Positions 6,825 through 17,879 are shown, numbered from the stretch's first letter. The stretch is 42,011 bases of DNA from a virus (IMGVR_UViG_3300033985_000086:1-42011); one strand, 5' to 3'. Made by a program: numbers and translations. The notes: a model not told the origin generated them from the sequence alone.

Positions 6825-9800
6825 TTACTGCCTCCTTTTGCCGTACAGTAGTTCCTTGACCGAAAGCTCCGGGTCCTCCCCGGTCAAGTAGTCGATGAGG
6901 ACCTCGCCGCTGTCTATGAATTGGTCGGGGATAAGTCCAGTTGTGGTACCGACAAGCTGGGCTGTCGGTTTGACCGCGATGCTGGCGTCTTCCTGCTCGA
7001 TGGCCCGGGCCACGGATGAGATCCACTGGCCGACAGACTCGAAGGGCTTCAGCGCCGGGCTGAACCTGTACTGGAAGCCCTTGGCTATCCCGGACAGCTC
7101 GCGGGCGATGAGCACGGACTGGGCCGGGTAGGTCAAGAGGTTCACCAGGAGCTTCTCGGCTAGGGTCTCGTCGTCATCATCGTCTGCCACATCCCCGCGG
7201 ACCAAGGCCTCGAGCAGGACCGGCATGACCCACTGCAGGACCAGGAACGAGGACGCCCCGAGGGCCGCCGCACCGTACTGCCCGGAAGCCAGCTGCTTCT
7301 TCGTGATGCCGGCCCGGCGTGCTGCCAGATTGTAGAGCACGTTTCCGAAGGTGTAGAACATGGTCAGGAACCGCTGGATGGACCCGCCGCGCTGGATCTT
7401 CGAAAGGGCCCGGGTGTAGCCGGCGCCCATAGCCTGCTCGACCACGAAGTCGGCCTGGTTGATGGCGTCCTTCTCGGTCATGCCATCGGTCAGGGCCTGC
7501 AGGTAGGCGCCCTGCCATGCGACCACGTCGGCCACATAGAACTGCACGGCCACGGTGGCCTTGAAGCCTGCCTTCTTATAGGTGGCCAGCCAGGACTCGG
7601 ACGTGCTGAACTCCTTGGTCGCGTCCCTGATGTCGCGGTCTGCGTTCAGCAGGCGCTCGTTCATCTGCGGGGACTTCTCGCGGATCTCCTTGATGAGCGG
7701 GTGGCTGATGATCTCGCCATCCGAGAACATGTTCAGGGACAGGAGGCCCTTGCCATAGAGCTGCCAGACCGCCTGTCCGACATGCTTGGCCCGCACGAAC
7801 TCGAAGACCTGGAAGAAGCCCGCGGCCTGTATCAGGGCCGTTCCGACCTTGTATGCCATTGTGTAGAAGGTCATGGCCGGCCGGAAGTGCAGGAGCATCT
7901 TCTCGACCGCCGTGAGCTGGATCTGCTCGCGGCCCTCCTTGGACACGGAGACCAGCCAGGGCCAGAGCTGCTTGGCCTTCTCACGCCCAACCACGTCGGT
8001 GATCAGGGCCATGATCTGCTTGTTCTTGAGCAGCTTGGCCACATTGATCACGGCCTCCCGGTGCGTGATGTCGCGCAGCACCTGGGTGACATGGTCGGAG
8101 ATGACCGACAGCTCCTGGGACAGCCGCTCCCCGGTCCCGGCGGATGCGCGGGCCTCGAGGTGGCCATGGGCCGTCATGGCCGTGCCTGCCGGCGTTCCGC
8201 CGAAGAGCGCGTCCAGGGCCTCTTTGGCGTCCCGGGCTTCACCCTTCTGGTCGCGCAGGAGCTTGTCGTAGACCACCGGGTAGTAGCCGCCAGCGTAGGT
8301 CTTGCCTTTGAAGGTGAACGGGACCGGATCGACGCGCTTGGGCTCGCGGCCGGTCAGGCGCCGCTCGACAGCGAAGGCCTCCTCGCGGAACGTGTCGATG
8401 TAGTCCCAGACCGCCTGCACGAAATCCATCTCCTCGGTCGTCAGCGGGTCGAGGAGCTGCTGGAGCTGGGCCTCGTTGATGCCAAGGCCCGCCATGAGCC
8501 GCTCCCGGTTCCCCTGGTTGCCGATGTTCAAGGCCACCGCGACCAGCTGCGCCCGGGGACGGGCCTTGCCCAGGACCACCACCTTCTTGCGGAGCTGGCG
8601 CCGGATGGGCTCGAACAGTGCCTTGATCTTCGGGGCCTCCGTGGCCCAGCGTGCGGACAGGTCCGAATCGGCGTCCATGATCGGGCGGTAGATGAGCTGG
8701 TAGAACAGCCCGCCCGCTTCCCAGTTGTCCAGGGCTTGGATGATCGTGCTCGTCTTGGTGTGCTCGGCGAAGAAGTTCCGAGCGGCCAGGGTCACGGCGT
8801 TCGGGTCATAGGTCAGCGGGTCGGGAGCTTTCCCGCCCCGACCGGCCACATGAGCCTGGAGGCGCTCGATGGCGTCTTCCATGGTGATCGTGGACCCGTC
8901 GATCCAGGTCACGGTGTGCAGGCCTCGGTCCACTCTCCGAAGGATGCGGACGCCCTCTTCCAGGGCGCGGAACTGACCGACCGTGATGTCCTTGTAGCTG
9001 ACCGCCGCGGCGTTGTTCAGGAACGGGTCGAGCGGGGCGCTGATGCCCAGCTTGCGCATCTCATCCACCCAGCCCTCGATGGTCGGAATCTTGCCTCTTT
9101 TCGCAACCAGATCCTGATTCCACATTTCAAACGCCCTGACCGGGTCGCGCTCGCCCTTGTAGGGCAGGATGCCGTACTGGATGCCCAGGCCCTGCAGGAG
9201 CGTCTTGACCTCGGGGCTGATACCCTTGGTCTTCTGGATGCCCCGCTTGATCCTGGCCGCTGTCTTGGCCACGCCTTCCTTGAGCTTCACGCTCTCGATG
9301 AACATGGCATGGTTCAGCACCTCCTGCCGCTTGTACTCGGCGGCCTTCTTGGCGTCCCCGCGCTCGTAGGCCGACCGGGCCAGCTTGGCGGCACGGCGCT
9401 CGAGGCGTGCGAACCGGCCGGTCTGGGTGGCGAAGCCGACCTTCTCGGAGGCGAGCAGCTGCTTGGCCACATCCCGGACCATGGCGGCTTCCAGCCGCTT
9501 GACCTTCTGGGCGGCCTGCCGGGAGAGGATCTCGAACTCGGCCACCAGGACGGCGAGCTGGTCGTCGTTGTGGTAGGCCTCGTCTGCGGCCAGATCGGTC
9601 TCGGCCAGGCCCCGGGCGATGCGCTGCCGCTCCGCTTCCATCCTGGCCTCGACGCCGGCCGTGATTGCCGCCTTCTCGCCGGGGAATGCGAGCATGTCCT
9701 CGACCATGGCGACAGCGGAGTCGTAGCCGTGCTCGGCGGCCAGGATGTCCGGGTCAACCGTGCCGTCCTTCTTGACCAAGGAGGAGTAGCGGCCAACTGC

Positions 9801-12800
9801 CTTGAGCTTCTTGCGCAGGTCCTCGCCCACGGAGGCGTCGAGCGCCTTCATGTTGATGCCGGCGGCAGCGGCCTTGATGACGGCCATGACGGGACGCGCC
9901 TTGACCTCCTCGGCCACCTCGGCGCGGATCTTCCCCTTGCCGCCGTTGGCTTTGACCCATGCGTCGGTGAGCTGGCGCAGGCGCTTGTCTTCCATGGACT
10001 CCCTGGCCCGCATCCTGCGCTCCTCGTACTTCTCGCGCTCCTTGGCCATGACCTTCGGGTCAACGGCGGCGAAGAAGGGCTTCTGGCTGGAGTAGAAGGA
10101 CCTGGCCTCCTCGATGTCCTTCTCGGTCGCGAAGATCCGGTCAAAGATGGGTTTCAAATCCTCGTTGAACTGCGTGCCGCTCTGCAGGAAGATCTGCTCG
10201 ACCTGCTTGTAGATGGAGCGCAGCCACTGGGCGTACTGCGCGAAGATCTTCCGCAGACCAAGGCTCGGGGCCGCGCCTTCGAGGAAGTAGGCCTCGAGGT
10301 TCCGGGCCCACTCTTCATGGGCTTCGCGGGGGATGGGGCCATCATCGATCTTAAGGGCCGTCTTGGCCTGGGCCCACAGGGCCGCGATGGGTGCGGGGGC
10401 GTTCGGGGCCAGGGCCAGTTCGCGCAGCATCTCCAGATAGAGGTGGCCGGTCTCGTGCAGGAAAGACGACTGGTTGGCCGTGCGGAACAGCTCGATCAGC
10501 GGCCGGCCCGACTTGGTCTTGAAGGTGAAGCTGGCCTGGGGTTCGGATTGGTCCTGGTAGAACGTGTTCAGAATCTCTATAGCGTCGTCGTCGAAGATGA
10601 CGTAGTTGTACGACCCTTCGCCAGCGCCACGGCTTGTTCCGTCAAGGTACTTGATGCCCTTGATGCCGAGGCTGTTGAGGTACTCGGAGGCCGCTTTGTC
10701 GGAGCCGTGCTGCTCTGTAAGGTTAGCGTAAAATTCCTCTCCTTTTGTATTCGGATCGACCACGTTTCTGCGAGTTACTTCCAGAATCTTGCGGATATCT
10801 TCGCTACTTACCCCCCGCTCCGCATACCGGTGTGCTATGCTTGGCAGGTGCCTCTCCACCTCGGACAACAGCGCCTCCCGCACCTTCTCCGGCTGTTCGG
10901 ACAGGGGCTTGTCCCAGTGGAGCATGACGTCGTCCTCGGGGATGTCGACTTCGTAGAGTTGGCCCGACTTGCTTAAGTCATTGAACAGTTTTTTAGCCTC
11001 TCGAAGAATAGACAGCGCTTCATCTTTTGAATGGCCAAGGGCATCAAGCCCAGCTAGGATTCTATCGTGTGCAACACCTGCGTCGATCTGAGACGCAACC
11101 TGATTTACACGGTTAGGGGTTCCGTCTGCATTGAACTGGTTTTCTCTAAGATACTTAGACATGCCAAGCGTCTTCCGATACCACTCCGCGACTTCTTTCT
11201 TCCCCGCGAAGTACAAACCCCAGCCGTAAGCCTGCGCACCCTCGCCGGTGCCGATGGCGTCCAGCGTGAACTTGTCGAAGCGGTACGGGGAACCGTGGAA
11301 GGCGGTCTGATATAGAATACGAGGATCGTTGGCGTCGAAGGTGCCGCGGTTGTTGACGGATTTGATCTGCTCGGGAAACCACGCGACGAAGTGCCGTTCC
11401 CCGCTGGGGAAGACCTTGGATACACCATCGTACCCGGTGACTTTGTTGACGGCTTCACGGAACGCTGTAGCGTTGTCGCGGAAAAAGTCGTTCTCGAGTG
11501 ACCCTAGCTGGTCTACATAGTTCGTAGCCACCCGGGCTACGTGAGCCTTGGTGAACTTCTTTCCCCCGTTGTCCACCCAGTCTACGAGAGGGCTTTTTTC
11601 AGCGTCAAAGATGTTGGGGGCGAGAAGCATTATAGCTTCGGCCTGCTTAGCTGTTAGGCGTACCCCGGAAAGGCTGCCCTGTTCTGCACCAAGTACGATC
11701 GGCTTCTGTATAGAGAGATATGAGGGGGTAAGATTTCCTTTTTCCCCAGCGTAGCCCTTAGCGGTATCCTCGTCGGAGGTAAAGTAGAAGCCACTCCCGA
11801 GCTGGTCATTTCCCTTGCCGGTGCGATCCGGGTCGAAAGCTTCGATATCCGCGCCCGTCCCGTGGTACACCACCAGCGGCTTTCCCTGCTCGTCCACAAC
11901 CTTGGAGTCGCCAAACCACTTCTTGAAATACGGCGACTCCGTGCCCATCTCGGCCCACAAGCGCTGCGCTTCCGCGACCTCGGGGGCAGTGGTTGCTCCG
12001 GCGGTTTCGGCGGGCTGCTGCATCAATATGCGCGGATCGTTGGCGTCGACGGTGCCGCGGTTGTTGACGGATAGGGACTGATAGAACCTGTCGTTTATGA
12101 CCGTATACCCGGATTCATCGGGATAGGTCATCTCGCGGACGTCAAACACCTCAGAAATGAAAGCCCTGCCATCTTTCTTCTTGGAGTACCCGACGACCGA
12201 GTCGTACCCCGCTTCACGCACAGCGTGCGCCACGATGTTTTCCTGGATGGCGTAGGCAAGGGTATTACCCTGGCGACTGTTGGTGAAAATCTCGTAGGCA
12301 TCCACCTCTGTGGCGCCATACTTATCCAGAAGGGCGCGGATGTTGGCCACCTTGGCCTGCTCCGTGAGGCCCCAACCGCTCACCACCTGCAGGACTTCCT
12401 CGCGCATTTTGCTGTACGCTTTCTTGCCCATGATTGAGTCGTAAGCGGCTTCTGGGGCTTTTCCGCCCGTAGCGCCCTTCACGAACAGCGGCGCTTTCAA
12501 CAGCGTGCGGCCCTGCACTTTGACAGTACCTCCGTAGCCGTACTTCCCACCACGGTAATACTTCTCTTGTGCCGAGCCTGTGGGCAGATAGAACACGCCG
12601 GTCCTGATCGCAGTGCCGCCTGTCTGCTCTTCTTTCTGGTATCGCGTGAGATCCAGCTCCAAGCCATCAGCTACCAGTTCCGCGCCCGGAGTGTTGGCTA
12701 CCGCGTCCGCGAAGAGTGGGTCTGTGGGTATCTTGGACTCGTAGTTCAACGTGCGGGCGACCTCTGGTGATACTTGGTACATTACCCGCGCATCCGCCGG

Positions 12801-15800
12801 GTCGAAGGTGCCACGGTTGTTGACGGATTTGATCTGGGTTGGGTCGAACGCTACTACCCAAGGCTTATCTTTTTTTGCGGAGTACTGCGGATTAAGTATG
12901 ACGACGCCATCGTGGCCTGCGGATTCTATAGCTTTCCGCGTGTTGTTTTCAAAACGCCCCTCTGAAATGATAAAGCCCTCCGCGTTACGAACGTCCGGCG
13001 TCATTCCAGAGTGCTCGCGCATAAAGGCGCGGAAATCCTCTTGGGTCTTAAAAACCATGGGGTTTTTAAGCCCAACATAGTACTTTCCGACCTTAGGCCC
13101 GAAACGCTTGGCATCCCTTTCCTTGGACGCAAAAAATGATCCGATATTATCCCCGAGCGGATTACGCGCCGACAAGTCCATAGACCTATCGGAAGTATCG
13201 AAGGCGTCGAACTCAGCGTCCGTACCGTGGTATACCTCGAACACCTGTCGCCCGTCTGCCCACTTCTTGAAATACGGCGACTCCGTGCCCATCTCGGCCC
13301 ACAGTCTGGCGGCCTCTTCCGCCTCGGCGGTAGTGGTTGCTCCGGCGGTTTCGACGGATTGCATCAATATGCGCGGATCGTTGGCGTCGAAGGTGCCACG
13401 GTTGAAGACGGACTTGATCTGCTCCGGTTGGAAAGCCAAGTACGCTGTGCTGCCAGATTCCTTGATCACAAGGCCGTCGTACCCGTGATCTTCGAGCCGC
13501 CATTTAAGCGCATCGTGCTTGACATGGTTGTACACGGGAACAGAAGACGGTTTGAACTCAATCCCCGAAAGATCGATGCCTAGCTTGTCCCGCAGGTAGT
13601 CCCTAAGGCGCAGGCCGTCGACTCCTCCGTCCCCAAAATGCGTCAAGTCCAGTGGCTTTTTCATCGATAAGTAGCTCGGATACACGCCACCCGTGTTTCC
13701 GGCAAATCGGTTGGCATAGTCTTGGTCGGGGGTGAAGTACACGTAGCCCCCCTGGCCGCGCATGAACTGCGTGAAGCCTGGGCGGCCCGTCCCGTGGTAC
13801 ACCACCAGCGGCTTGCCTTCGGCGTCCACCACCTTGCTGTCTCCGAACCACTTCTTGAAGTACGGCGACTCCGTGCCCATCTCGGCCCACAGTCTGGCGG
13901 CCTCTTCGATCTCTGCCCGATTCTCGACGCCGGCATAGGCCGCGTCTTGCTGCAGGGTCTGTTCGTCAACAGCAGGCTGCCCCGCCCTGATCTGGGGCAT
14001 GTAGGCCTCGAAGAGCTGGGTCGGCGTGTACTTGCCCTCGGACATTTTGGCCATGGAAACCAGTGCCGCCGTGAACTGCGCGGCGTCCAGGCGGGCCGCA
14101 TCCGGAACCCGGCCGGCGGCCTGCCTCGCGGCATAGACCTGCTCGAAGATCGCCTTGGTCTCGGCGTCTTCCTGGTCTTTCAGCTCCTCGGTCTCAGCCG
14201 CAAGCTGCAAGACGCGCTTGGCCTCCTGGGCCCACTCCTGATTGAATTTGGCCAGCTCGTTTCTGGTGTAGCCATCAGCGGAGAGCTTGCGGTCGTTCAC
14301 GAACCGGGCGGCCAGATCCGGGTTAGCGGCGATGGCCGCACCGTACTGCTCGATCGGGATGGCTACGGTGCCCCCTGTGTTGAGGGCGAGATCGAAAGCC
14401 TCGAAGGAGACACCGAACTGGTTCAGAATCTCGGACACCTCGGCCAGATTGTCGGACATGATCGCGCTGGCGGGGATATGGATGTCGGAGATCTTGCCGC
14501 CCTCCTTGAGGACGGTCAGGGCCTCCTGGTACAGGACCGGGTCGAGCTGGGCCAGATTGGACTGGGCCACGTTCTCGGTCAGCATGTCCAGGACTTCCTG
14601 CTCCTTGGCGGCGAACTGGGCCTTCTGATACTCCATGCGCTCCGTAGCAGTGCCTGCCAGACCGCCCGTGATGAGTGAAGGCAGGAAGACGTCGAAGCCT
14701 TTCTGCGTGGCCTCCACGATGTCGGCGGCGATGGTGGGCACGGAGTCACCCCGGGCGATGCCTGCGACCAAGGCCTGGATGGGCTCCTCGGCCCACTCTG
14801 TCGCGCCCTCCACGGCGCCCTTCACGAAGAAGCCCTTGACCAGCCGCTTGGCCCAAGAGGTGGCCACACCCTGGCCTAGGACCTTGTCGGCGCCGATAGC
14901 GTTCAGAGCGCCCGACAAGATGCCGAAGACCTGACTGGCCGTGTTCGCCTTCCAGTCCTCCATGCCCTCGTCCAGCAGTTCCTGGTACAGTCCGCCGGCT
15001 TCCATGCCGCCGCCGACCACACCGGCAGCTGCAGGCCCGCTAGCCATGTAGGCCGCGATGGTCGCCCCGATGGAAGGCAGTATGTCCGTAGTAACATAGG
15101 CGACCCATTCCGGGTCGAGCATGATCTCGGGGTTGTCCCAGGCCCCCTTGCCGCGCAGGTCCTCGCTGATCTGCAGTGGCTCCGCGTTCAGGTAGTTCTC
15201 CCTGATCCATTTCGAAGCGCCCAGCGCAGCGTCCCGGAGCTCGCCAAAGTAGCCGCCCCGGGGCAGGCCCGTGAGCTGCTCGACGCCCTGCGCGGCGGAA
15301 TCGATGGCGCCGGGGAGGATGGAAAACAGGTTGAGGCCCATCTCGGCGAGAGAGCCGGGGGCCTTGATCAGACCCTTTCCGATAGCCCCTATGGGGTCCG
15401 CGATCAGCTCCTTGGCGAGCTTGTTGTCTCCATTTACGGGCATCTGGCCCGACATGGCGAAGCTGTCGACAGGTCCCGTAGCGATGAGGCGCTCCAGCTC
15501 GGCCAGATTCTCGATGTCGGTCTGGGCCACGGCGAAGCGGTCGGGGTCGGATAGGAAGCTGGTGGTCTTGGGCGCCTTGGACGCCACGTCGGCCAGGAGG
15601 CCATCGTTCAGCATCTCCCTGCGCTCGATCTCGTCCATGCGCTCTTCCACGATGCGGGGCGGCAGGCCGGCCTTCCTGGACAGGTTGATGACCTTGGCCG
15701 TGCGCTGCGGGTCCATGCCGTGGGTCAGCTCACGGGCGTTGATCAGTGCGGAGGGGTCCGCTGGCTTCACGCCCTGGTCCGGGTCGAGGAAGGAAAGGTC

Positions 15801-15872
15801 GGGCGAGACCGCGCCCATGGGGGTCTCGTCCGTCGAGTTCATGTTCGGGTCGAGGAAGGAAAGATCAGCCAT
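6825..15872 (-). CDS. giant internal virion (ejection) protein, polyvalent type, with tandem ART-like modules and HExxH motif
   Basis: 3015 aa; last ejection-protein position before fibre; repeated YHGT..G(x)YF..YL..P..GYDG..QIKSV.NRGTFD modules; FLHETGHL. Confidence 0.85.
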   Translation of the reverse strand: MADLSFLDPNMNSTDETPMGAVSPDLSFLDPDQGVKPADPSALINARELTHGMDPQRTAKVINLSRKAGLPPRIVEERMDEIERREMLNDGLLADVASKAPKTTSFLSDPDRFAVAQTDIENLAELERLIATGPVDSFAMSGQMPVNGDNKLAKELIADPIGAIGKGLIKAPGSLAEMGLNLFSILPGAIDSAAQGVEQLTGLPRGGYFGELRDAALGASKWIRENYLNAEPLQISEDLRGKGAWDNPEIMLDPEWVAYVTTDILPSIGATIAAYMASGPAAAGVVGGGMEAGGLYQELLDEGMEDWKANTASQVFGILSGALNAIGADKVLGQGVATSWAKRLVKGFFVKGAVEGATEWAEEPIQALVAGIARGDSVPTIAADIVEATQKGFDVFLPSLITGGLAGTATERMEYQKAQFAAKEQEVLDMLTENVAQSNLAQLDPVLYQEALTVLKEGGKISDIHIPASAIMSDNLAEVSEILNQFGVSFEAFDLALNTGGTVAIPIEQYGAAIAANPDLAARFVNDRKLSADGYTRNELAKFNQEWAQEAKRVLQLAAETEELKDQEDAETKAIFEQVYAARQAAGRVPDAARLDAAQFTAALVSMAKMSEGKYTPTQLFEAYMPQIRAGQPAVDEQTLQQDAAYAGVENRAEIEEAARLWAEMGTESPYFKKWFGDSKVVDAEGKPLVVYHGTGRPGFTQFMRGQGGYVYFTPDQDYANRFAGNTGGVYPSYLSMKKPLDLTHFGDGGVDGLRLRDYLRDKLGIDLSGIEFKPSSVPVYNHVKHDALKWRLEDHGYDGLVIKESGSTAYLAFQPEQIKSVFNRGTFDANDPRILMQSVETAGATTTAEAEEAARLWAEMGTESPYFKKWADGRQVFEVYHGTDAEFDAFDTSDRSMDLSARNPLGDNIGSFFASKERDAKRFGPKVGKYYVGLKNPMVFKTQEDFRAFMREHSGMTPDVRNAEGFIISEGRFENNTRKAIESAGHDGVVILNPQYSAKKDKPWVVAFDPTQIKSVNNRGTFDPADARVMYQVSPEVARTLNYESKIPTDPLFADAVANTPGAELVADGLELDLTRYQKEEQTGGTAIRTGVFYLPTGSAQEKYYRGGKYGYGGTVKVQGRTLLKAPLFVKGATGGKAPEAAYDSIMGKKAYSKMREEVLQVVSGWGLTEQAKVANIRALLDKYGATEVDAYEIFTNSRQGNTLAYAIQENIVAHAVREAGYDSVVGYSKKKDGRAFISEVFDVREMTYPDESGYTVINDRFYQSLSVNNRGTVDANDPRILMQQPAETAGATTAPEVAEAQRLWAEMGTESPYFKKWFGDSKVVDEQGKPLVVYHGTGADIEAFDPDRTGKGNDQLGSGFYFTSDEDTAKGYAGEKGNLTPSYLSIQKPIVLGAEQGSLSGVRLTAKQAEAIMLLAPNIFDAEKSPLVDWVDNGGKKFTKAHVARVATNYVDQLGSLENDFFRDNATAFREAVNKVTGYDGVSKVFPSGERHFVAWFPEQIKSVNNRGTFDANDPRILYQTAFHGSPYRFDKFTLDAIGTGEGAQAYGWGLYFAGKKEVAEWYRKTLGMSKYLRENQFNADGTPNRVNQVASQIDAGVAHDRILAGLDALGHSKDEALSILREAKKLFNDLSKSGQLYEVDIPEDDVMLHWDKPLSEQPEKVREALLSEVERHLPSIAHRYAERGVSSEDIRKILEVTRRNVVDPNTKGEEFYANLTEQHGSDKAASEYLNSLGIKGIKYLDGTSRGAGEGSYNYVIFDDDAIEILNTFYQDQSEPQASFTFKTKSGRPLIELFRTANQSSFLHETGHLYLEMLRELALAPNAPAPIAALWAQAKTALKIDDGPIPREAHEEWARNLEAYFLEGAAPSLGLRKIFAQYAQWLRSIYKQVEQIFLQSGTQFNEDLKPIFDRIFATEKDIEEARSFYSSQKPFFAAVDPKVMAKEREKYEERRMRARESMEDKRLRQLTDAWVKANGGKGKIRAEVAEEVKARPVMAVIKAAAAGINMKALDASVGEDLRKKLKAVGRYSSLVKKDGTVDPDILAAEHGYDSAVAMVEDMLAFPGEKAAITAGVEARMEAERQRIARGLAETDLAADEAYHNDDQLAVLVAEFEILSRQAAQKVKRLEAAMVRDVAKQLLASEKVGFATQTGRFARLERRAAKLARSAYERGDAKKAAEYKRQEVLNHAMFIESVKLKEGVAKTAARIKRGIQKTKGISPEVKTLLQGLGIQYGILPYKGERDPVRAFEMWNQDLVAKRGKIPTIEGWVDEMRKLGISAPLDPFLNNAAAVSYKDITVGQFRALEEGVRILRRVDRGLHTVTWIDGSTITMEDAIERLQAHVAGRGGKAPDPLTYDPNAVTLAARNFFAEHTKTSTIIQALDNWEAGGLFYQLIYRPIMDADSDLSARWATEAPKIKALFEPIRRQLRKKVVVLGKARPRAQLVAVALNIGNQGNRERLMAGLGINEAQLQQLLDPLTTEEMDFVQAVWDYIDTFREEAFAVERRLTGREPKRVDPVPFTFKGKTYAGGYYPVVYDKLLRDQKGEARDAKEALDALFGGTPAGTAMTAHGHLEARASAGTGERLSQELSVISDHVTQVLRDITHREAVINVAKLLKNKQIMALITDVVGREKAKQLWPWLVSVSKEGREQIQLTAVEKMLLHFRPAMTFYTMAYKVGTALIQAAGFFQVFEFVRAKHVGQAVWQLYGKGLLSLNMFSDGEIISHPLIKEIREKSPQMNERLLNADRDIRDATKEFSTSESWLATYKKAGFKATVAVQFYVADVVAWQGAYLQALTDGMTEKDAINQADFVVEQAMGAGYTRALSKIQRGGSIQRFLTMFYTFGNVLYNLAARRAGITKKQLASGQYGAAALGASSFLVLQWVMPVLLEALVRGDVADDDDDETLAEKLLVNLLTYPAQSVLIARELSGIAKGFQYRFSPALKPFESVGQWISSVARAIEQEDASIAVKPTAQLVGTTTGLIPDQFIDSGEVLIDYLTGEDPELSVKELLYGKRRQ
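11311..13908 (-). repeat. dispersed intragenic module-boundary repeats
   Basis: LWAEMGTESPYFKKW-coding blocks at about 11916-11959, 13260-13319, 13849-13908; NRGT(F/V)D-coding blocks at about 11311-11372, 12019-12071, 12775-12837, 13359-13423. Confidence 0.9.
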
Positions 15873-15881
15873 AGGGCCCCC

Positions 15882-17879
15882 TTATCGTTTGTAGGACAGG
15901 ACTTTCTTGACGTAGGCGATGGTCTCGGCTGGCACCTTGCTCGGGTCGGCCCCGGACTCGTACCACTGCGCCGTCGCGTTCGGGCCCCAGTTGTAGGCCA
16001 TGAGGGCCAGCTTCTCGGCGTTGGCCGGGTCCACCTTGGTGAAGCGGTCGATCAGCTGCTTGAGATACCGGACGCCGCCGGCCACGTTCTGCTCCGGGTC
16101 CCTGGGATCGACACCCAGGTCCCGGGCCGTGCCGGGCATGAGCTGCATGTAGCCATAGGCGCCCTTGGGACTCTTGGCATCGATCTTCAAGTTGCTCTCC
16201 GTTCGGATCACACCCTCGACCAAGTATTCAGGAACGCCCTGAATCTGGGCCTGCTTGCGGGCGTAACCGACCGGGTCGGCTTCGACGTCGATGTAGAAAT
16301 CCTTGCCTTCAAGCTGGGCCTCGAATCGGGTCTTCTTTTCCCAGTCCGAGCTCCACCAGCTGCCTGAGCCCTTAACCTTGCCCTTGTAGAGGATCTCGTC
16401 GTCCACGATTTTCTGCTTCTCGGCCGTGGTGAGCTTGCGGCCCTTGTTGGCCATCTCCATCTGGACCAGGGTGGTGTACCGGCGGTTCAGGGCTGCGAGC
16501 TTCTCGCGATCCGAGTCCCTCATCTGGGAAGGCGTCGTCCGGATCTTGAGCAGGCCCGCGGCCTCGTTGATGATGTCCGAGTCAGAGCGGATCTCATCGA
16601 TCACGGGGGACGACGCACCCTTACCCAGGGAGATGTAGGCATTGTCGAACTTCTCACGGGTAGCCTGGGAGAGCTTGGCGAGCACGGCCGGGCTGTTCCA
16701 CTCCTCACGGAACTTGGTCGGGTCGTTCGCCAGCATCTGGGTCCACTTCCACTTCTCAACTGGGTCGTCCTCGACGGACTTGCCCGACAGGATGGTATCC
16801 CGATAGGCCGAGAATTCCTTGCGCAGGCCGGCGGGCGCGTCCTCGATGATGCGCTGCACGGCGTCCAGGTCCTTGACCTCCAGGGCCCGGACCAGGGCGT
16901 CCTCGGAAACCTTGGCCTTCTGGGCCTCCGCTTCCTTCTGCTCCGACCGCTGCCATTGGATCTCGGACTTGGTGCGCTGCTCTGCCGCGTCTTTGATGAG
17001 CGGATCGATGTCCTGCTCACGCAGCCAGCCGAGGGGGTCCTCATGGCCCATGGCCTCCTGGAACAGGCCGTAGCTCTTGGCCCGGTCGGAGGCGGCCTTA
17101 AAGCTCTTCTCGACGGCCGCGGCATCGTCGCCGGTCAGGCGTTCGTCTTTGAGCATACCCTGGACCGTGGTGAAATTCCCGTTCTCGATGTGGCGCATGG
17201 CCACGTCCTTGAGCGTCGAGGACTTGAGCGCGGAGACCATAGACTCGGTCGCCTCCGGGTCGAGGCCGGAAAGACGTGCAGCCGCCCGGGCCGACTCTTC
17301 CATCCGGCCAAGAGCCGCATCGACCAGGCCGGGGTCCGTGAAATTGAGGAGAGCGTAGCTGTTCTCCTTCTTCGCCACAGCTTTGTATCCCTCGACCAGG
17401 GCGGCCTTGCGCTGCCTGCCTTCGTGCCTGGCAACGGAGAGCAGCGACTCGCTGGCCAGCGAGTCGGCCTTTAGGCCAAATGCCCGCTGCTGGTCTGGGT
17501 TCTCGAGCGTCCCGGCGATCTCCCGGCGTGCGCGGTCAAAGGCCTCCTTGGCTTCCTTGGTCGCCCCTATGGCCCCCTGGCCGGAACGGTTGAACAGGCC
17601 CGTCTCGGGCGAGCCGTCGCCGTAGAGCAGCATGCCCACGGCATCATGGTAGCGGCGATAGGCGTCGAGGACGGCGGTCTCGTCCTCCTCCTTCTTCATG
17701 CGGTTGGCGGTGGCCAGCATGACAGTGCCGACGTTGGCCATGCCGCCGCCAAGACTTTTCAGCCCCGCGGCGTCCCCGCCGCCGAACATGGCCAGATTCG
17801 TGTCGAAGCTCTGCTTGGGTGCTCCGAGGTCAACGCTCTGCCGGTCGAACTGCCGGTCGTAGACTGGGATCTTAGGCAT
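15882..17879 (-). CDS. internal virion protein with C-terminal lytic transglycosylase (SLT) domain
   Basis: IRTES..AKSPKGAYGYMQLMPGTA..AYNWGP..ETIAYV. Confidence 0.9.
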   Translation of the reverse strand: MPKIPVYDRQFDRQSVDLGAPKQSFDTNLAMFGGGDAAGLKSLGGGMANVGTVMLATANRMKKEEDETAVLDAYRRYHDAVGMLLYGDGSPETGLFNRSGQGAIGATKEAKEAFDRARREIAGTLENPDQQRAFGLKADSLASESLLSVARHEGRQRKAALVEGYKAVAKKENSYALLNFTDPGLVDAALGRMEESARAAARLSGLDPEATESMVSALKSSTLKDVAMRHIENGNFTTVQGMLKDERLTGDDAAAVEKSFKAASDRAKSYGLFQEAMGHEDPLGWLREQDIDPLIKDAAEQRTKSEIQWQRSEQKEAEAQKAKVSEDALVRALEVKDLDAVQRIIEDAPAGLRKEFSAYRDTILSGKSVEDDPVEKWKWTQMLANDPTKFREEWNSPAVLAKLSQATREKFDNAYISLGKGASSPVIDEIRSDSDIINEAAGLLKIRTTPSQMRDSDREKLAALNRRYTTLVQMEMANKGRKLTTAEKQKIVDDEILYKGKVKGSGSWWSSDWEKKTRFEAQLEGKDFYIDVEADPVGYARKQAQIQGVPEYLVEGVIRTESNLKIDAKSPKGAYGYMQLMPGTARDLGVDPRDPEQNVAGGVRYLKQLIDRFTKVDPANAEKLALMAYNWGPNATAQWYESGADPSKVPAETIAYVKKVLSYKR

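Noticed and set aside
7701-10976. 1091-aa plus-strand ORF, and similar long antisense ORFs (19735-21849, 21825-23375, 24578-26074, 37032-38621)
   Set aside because: Mirror frames of GC-rich genes; no recognisable motifs
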